Shown here in pieces: positions 60,281 to 64,000 of a stretch of 64,000 nucleotides of DNA. The notes beneath the pieces are model-generated. The model saw nothing but the letters and a program-made list of their open reading frames with translations. It searched no databases and was not told where the DNA came from. The DNA is from Thermoplasmata archaeon (GTDB lineage Archaea; Thermoplasmatota; Thermoplasmata; Lutacidiplasmatales; UBA184), in assembly GCA_027365105.1 (NCBI GenBank), contig DAHXNZ010000008.1:129-64128 (forward strand). The letters run 5' to 3'. The position numbers and the translations under genes are program-made. Each line of letters begins with the position of its first letter. The first letter of the stretch is position 1.

Positions 60281-60835
60281 ATGACCTGGCACGTGGCGCT
60301 CTCCGGCACCCCGGGATCCGGCAAGTCCCGGGTGGCCGGTGAACTCCGGGGGCGACCGCCCTCGATCGAAGTCGGACCCCTGGCCGACCGGTTCGGCGCG
60401 GCGACGGCCGTCGGCCGGGGATGGATTGTCGATCTGCCGCGGCTCATCCGCGGCCTCCGCTCCCGGCCGACGGCCGAACCGCTCTGGGTCGGCCACCTCT
60501 CCCACCTGCTCCCGGTCCGTGCGGCGGTCGTGCTCCGATGCCACCCACGAAGGCTCCTGGCCCGCTTGGAAGGGTCGGCACGGCCGCTGCCCCGCCGGCT
60601 CCGCGAGGAGAATGCCGCCGCGGAGGCGCTCGCCGTCATCTCCGGGGAGGCGATCCGCCCCGGGGTCCGGCTCTGGGAGGTCGACACGACCGACCGGTCG
60701 GCCCGGGAGGTTGCCCGGGAGGTGCAGCGCCTTCTCGAGGAGCGGCCGGCGTGCCGGTACGGCGACGTCGACTGGCTCTCCGACTCCTGGGTGACCGAGG
60801 CCCTGCCCGGCTGGACACGGGGGTCGACGCGGTGA
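60281..60835 (+). CDS. AK6/hCINAP-type adenylate kinase
   Basis: GTPGSGKS, GHLSHLL, VLRC, EN..AEA and EVDTT motifs. Confidence 0.85.
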   Translation: MTWHVALSGTPGSGKSRVAGELRGRPPSIEVGPLADRFGAATAVGRGWIVDLPRLIRGLRSRPTAEPLWVGHLSHLLPVRAAVVLRCHPRRLLARLEGSARPLPRRLREENAAAEALAVISGEAIRPGVRLWEVDTTDRSAREVAREVQRLLEERPACRYGDVDWLSDSWVTEALPGWTRGSTR

Positions 60836-61494
60836 CCCTCAACCGGTACCGCGCCCGGGCGGAGCCGTGGCTGGCGAGGTCCACCCGGCCGTTCCTTCGC
60901 TGGTCACCCTCGACCCTGAGTCTTCTCGCCATCGCGACCGCGGGGCTCGCCGGGGCGATGGCCGCGGCGGTCCGATGGACCACCCCGCTGCTCTTCCTCG
61001 GGGTGGGGGCCTTGGTGATTCTTTCCGGCTTCTGGGACGCCGTGGACGGGGAGGTCGCCCGCCGGACCGGTCGAGCCTCGGTCCGGGGCGACTTCCTGGA
61101 CCATGTCCTCGACCGGTATGCCGACCTCTTCCTGCTCCTCGGGATCGCGGCCTCGGGGTTCGTCGACCCGGCGCTCGCGCTCCTCGCGCTCGTGAGCCTG
61201 CTCCTCACGAGCTATATGGGAACCCAGGCCCAGGCCGTCGGCCAGGGTCGGATGTACGGCGGGATCGTCGGGCGCGCCGATCGGCTCGTGATCCTGGCGG
61301 TCGCCTGCGTCCTGCAGTTCGACTGGTCCCTCCCCTGGCCGTGGGCGCCGACGAGGCCCTGGGAGTCGTTCTCGGCCCTCGGGCTCCGGTTCACGGTCCT
61401 CGACGTCGCGATGGCGCTCCTGGTCGTGACGAGCCAGTGGACCGCGCTCAGTCGGGCGATCCGGACCTACCGGATCCTGCCCCCGTCTCCGTAG
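60832..61494 (+). CDS. CDP-alcohol phosphatidyltransferase
   Basis: D..DG.VAR......G..LD...DR..D signature; SY and R.DR motifs. Confidence 0.92.
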   Translation: MTLNRYRARAEPWLARSTRPFLRWSPSTLSLLAIATAGLAGAMAAAVRWTTPLLFLGVGALVILSGFWDAVDGEVARRTGRASVRGDFLDHVLDRYADLFLLLGIAASGFVDPALALLALVSLLLTSYMGTQAQAVGQGRMYGGIVGRADRLVILAVACVLQFDWSLPWPWAPTRPWESFSALGLRFTVLDVAMALLVVTSQWTALSRAIRTYRILPPSP

Positions 61495-62599
61495 CCGGGT
61501 CGACGGGGGGGCGTTCCCTCCCGCCGCGGTTCCGGTAGTACTGGAGCGGGTGCTGAAGCCACGGGTCGAAGCACCGGTCGTCCCGACGGCGATCGTCCGG
61601 CGAGGCCGCCGCCGGATCGCCGTCGCGCACGCAGAGGCCGTGGCTCCGCAGGGTGGCGCACTCGGGAGGCTTGTAGCCTTCCCCTCCGCCGTGCTGGGTG
61701 ATATGCTCGACCTGGTAGCGGGTGATCGACTCGTCGAAATCGGGCGCCCCCCGGAAGGCGTCGACGATCGTCTCCCGGTCGGCGCCAACCCGATGCAGGA
61801 ACGCCGCCAGGGCGAACCGGCCGGCGTGGGAGAGGTTCTCCCCCGCCTCGAGCGTCCGGCGCATCTTCCGCAGGCAGGGAGGGAACCAGTCGGGTCGGAT
61901 CGATCCCAGACCGGGCGCGGGCCCCGCGGACGGAGAGGGGATCCGGTCGAGGAGCTCCGCTTCGAGGGGCGCCTCCGACTCCCGGATCGCGCGGACGATC
62001 GACGGGTCGAGCGGGATCGGCTCGGCGAGGGTCCGCCGGATCCCTTCCTCGAGGATCCGGGCGCCCCGGGCGGGATCGACCCGGACGGTGCCACGACGCA
62101 GCCGCTGGCCGGCGAGCCGGAAGTCGGCCTCACGGATCGGGGTGGCCAGGCGGAGGTAGGCGATGAGGGGCAGCCGGATCTCCCGGTCGACCGCCTCCAG
62201 GGCAAACCCGAGCCGGCGGCCGACCTCGGCGATTTCGTCGGCCCCGGCCCGCTCGAGACGGGCGCTCGCCCGCTTCGACTCGGCGACGGCCCAGCGACGC
62301 CGCGCGGCCGGATGGGCGAAGGCGCTGAGCGCGTACCGCGCGAACAGGAAGGAGAGGAACTTTTCCTCCTCCGACGCGCGGTCCAGTTCTTCGACCGCCG
62401 CGGCACCCCGGGGATCCCCGGCCGCGGCCCGGATCCGGGCCCGGCCGACCAGCCGGCAGAGCTCGAACGCGGGATCCCCCAGCAGCTCCCGGACCGACGC
62501 CCCGAGTCCCGAGGCGATCGTCGCGGCGCCCGGCAAGAACGGGTACGCGGCGAACAGCGTCCGTTCGTCTACCCTAGACGAGGCACGATGAATTGCCAT
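61448..62599 (-). CDS. priL: DNA primase large subunit PriL
   Basis: YPFL, FPPC, NLSH.GRF, PDF....TRYQVEHI, Y.PP.C and HPL.YY motifs. Confidence 0.92.
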   Translation of the reverse strand: MAIHRASSRVDERTLFAAYPFLPGAATIASGLGASVRELLGDPAFELCRLVGRARIRAAAGDPRGAAAVEELDRASEEEKFLSFLFARYALSAFAHPAARRRWAVAESKRASARLERAGADEIAEVGRRLGFALEAVDREIRLPLIAYLRLATPIREADFRLAGQRLRRGTVRVDPARGARILEEGIRRTLAEPIPLDPSIVRAIRESEAPLEAELLDRIPSPSAGPAPGLGSIRPDWFPPCLRKMRRTLEAGENLSHAGRFALAAFLHRVGADRETIVDAFRGAPDFDESITRYQVEHITQHGGGEGYKPPECATLRSHGLCVRDGDPAAASPDDRRRDDRCFDPWLQHPLQYYRNRGGRERPPVDPATETGAGSGRSGSPD

Positions 62600-63906
62600 A
62601 CGATCAGCAGCACGACGATCAGCGACGAGGTGACGGCGACCCGGCCCCCGAAGTCGTCAAGCCGGGCCGAACTCCAGCCCTTCCGGAGCCGGGCCATGAG
62701 GGCCGCGGCGTAGTCCCGGACCAGGAGCCCGCCGTCCAAGGGGATCAGCGGGAGCGCGTTCGAGGCGCCCAGGAGGAGGTTCATCCAGCTCAGCCAGTAG
62801 AGGAGGTTGGCCCCGATCCAGAAGGTCCCGGGATCGACCGAGGCCCAGATCCCGGTGAGGTGAAAGAATCCGGTCGTGGGGGCGGCGACCGGCTCGAGGG
62901 TCGCGAGGGGCAGGACGAGCCAGTTGACGAGCCCGGCCTGCGGTGTCGCCGCGCTCGTGAGCGGGCTCACCCACGTCGCCTTGAGCTGGGTCGGGGTCAG
63001 GTAGTTCACCGCGACGCCGAGGAATCCCCGGGTACCGTTGGTGGGATTCCGGGCGAGCGGCACGAGTTCGGTCACCACCCGACCGGCGCGGTCCGAATAG
63101 AACCCCACCGTGACGACCTGGTGCGGGTGGGAGGCGGCCAGTAGGTTCTCGAACTGGAGGGTCGAGGTGATCGGCGTGCCGTTGACCGCGGTGATGATGT
63201 CGCCCGGCGCGAGCGAGGCGTTCGCCGCCGGGGAGTGGGCGACGACCTGGACGACCCCGACCCCGTTCGCGTTCGCCGCGATGCCGCCGCTCAGGACCGC
63301 AGCGAGGAGGAGGAAGAAGACGACCGCCAGGGCGAAGTTCGCGAGGATCCCGGCGGCCGCGATCCGGTCGCGCGATCGGCGCGAGGCGCGCTGCATCTCC
63401 TCGTCGTCCTGCTCGACGAACGCCCCGATCGGAACGACGCACCAGAGGATGCCGAGGCTCTTCACCCCCACCTTCTGGGACCGGGCGAGCACGCCGTGCA
63501 TGAGCTCGTGGAGCACGATCCCGATCACCAACGCGACCAGTCCGTAGCCGATCGGGATGATCGGGTTGATGCCGGGGAGACCGAGCGCCTCCTGGGGGGT
63601 GGGCGCCTGGGCGGCGGTCAACGACAGGGAGACGTAGGCGTCGAGCAGCAGGAGCGCGATCATCGCGACCATCGACGCGGCGGCCAGGAGGATCCCCAGG
63701 TCGCCCGCGGCGCTCCAGAGGCGGCGGAACCGGCCCCAGCGGTCGAGCGCGGCCCGACCGCGTCGGGTCTTGATCATCAGCGCGGGACCGAGGAGCGAGA
63801 GGCTCCGGTCCGCGCCGATGAGGCCGGCCCGGTACAGTCCGTAGACGGCGAGCCCGTAGGCGACGATGACCAGGGCGACGATGAGATAGCCGTTGATGGC
63901 GAACAC
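62569..63906 (-). CDS. site-2 protease (M50) with PDZ domain
   Basis: PGINP, HELMH, GAFVE, AAG..AN, PDZ region (SPA..A.L..GD.I.AVNG) and N.LP..PLDGG motifs. Confidence 0.92.
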   Translation of the reverse strand: MFAINGYLIVALVIVAYGLAVYGLYRAGLIGADRSLSLLGPALMIKTRRGRAALDRWGRFRRLWSAAGDLGILLAAASMVAMIALLLLDAYVSLSLTAAQAPTPQEALGLPGINPIIPIGYGLVALVIGIVLHELMHGVLARSQKVGVKSLGILWCVVPIGAFVEQDDEEMQRASRRSRDRIAAAGILANFALAVVFFLLLAAVLSGGIAANANGVGVVQVVAHSPAANASLAPGDIITAVNGTPITSTLQFENLLAASHPHQVVTVGFYSDRAGRVVTELVPLARNPTNGTRGFLGVAVNYLTPTQLKATWVSPLTSAATPQAGLVNWLVLPLATLEPVAAPTTGFFHLTGIWASVDPGTFWIGANLLYWLSWMNLLLGASNALPLIPLDGGLLVRDYAAALMARLRKGWSSARLDDFGGRVAVTSSLIVVLLIVWQFIVPRLG

Positions 63907-64000
63907 TCCCGAGCCGCTCCCCCGTTCGGACCGGAAGGCCCCATATGGCGCTTTGCCACCCGGCGGGGGGAGGGACGACCGGGGCACCGGGCGACGCCCC

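Overview
A very GC-rich archaeal chromosomal segment made up mostly of housekeeping genes. Archaeal markers include PCNA, TFB, aIF2-gamma, eS6, SRP54, Csl4, PriL, PurP, phosphopantothenate synthetase and an ATP-dependent ligase. The thermopsin, the S26 peptidase type and the large PKD-containing peptide-binding protein suggest Thermoplasmata, possibly a high-GC soil/peat lineage (inference only). I can support about 62 CDS and two intron-containing tRNAs: tRNA-Ser(GGA), with a non-canonical T-loop (59/60) intron, and tRNA-Leu(TAA), with a canonical intron. The metabolic genes point to peptide and acyl-CoA heterotrophy: a dpp/opp ABC system, thermopsin, thiolase, acyl-CoA dehydrogenase, and a split methylmalonyl-CoA mutase with MeaB and epimerase. 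I found no CRISPR array, transposase, integrase or rRNA. The most interesting observations are: a truncated CysRS paralogue with an altered active site; a solo tandem Cas4-like protein with a rearranged Cys cluster; a RecB/Cas4-like nuclease with an internal PIP-box-like motif; a divergent TFB next to a TrmB-V4R regulator; a shared hairpin+CTAACCCTTTCC 3' element behind the two large surface-protein genes; a peptide-binding protein with a pilin-type signal peptide; a thermopsin with a cytoplasmic C2H2 finger; and two small membrane ORFs absent from the ORF track. All calls come from motif recognition by eye, with no database searches. Start codons were often re-picked relative to the ORF track.
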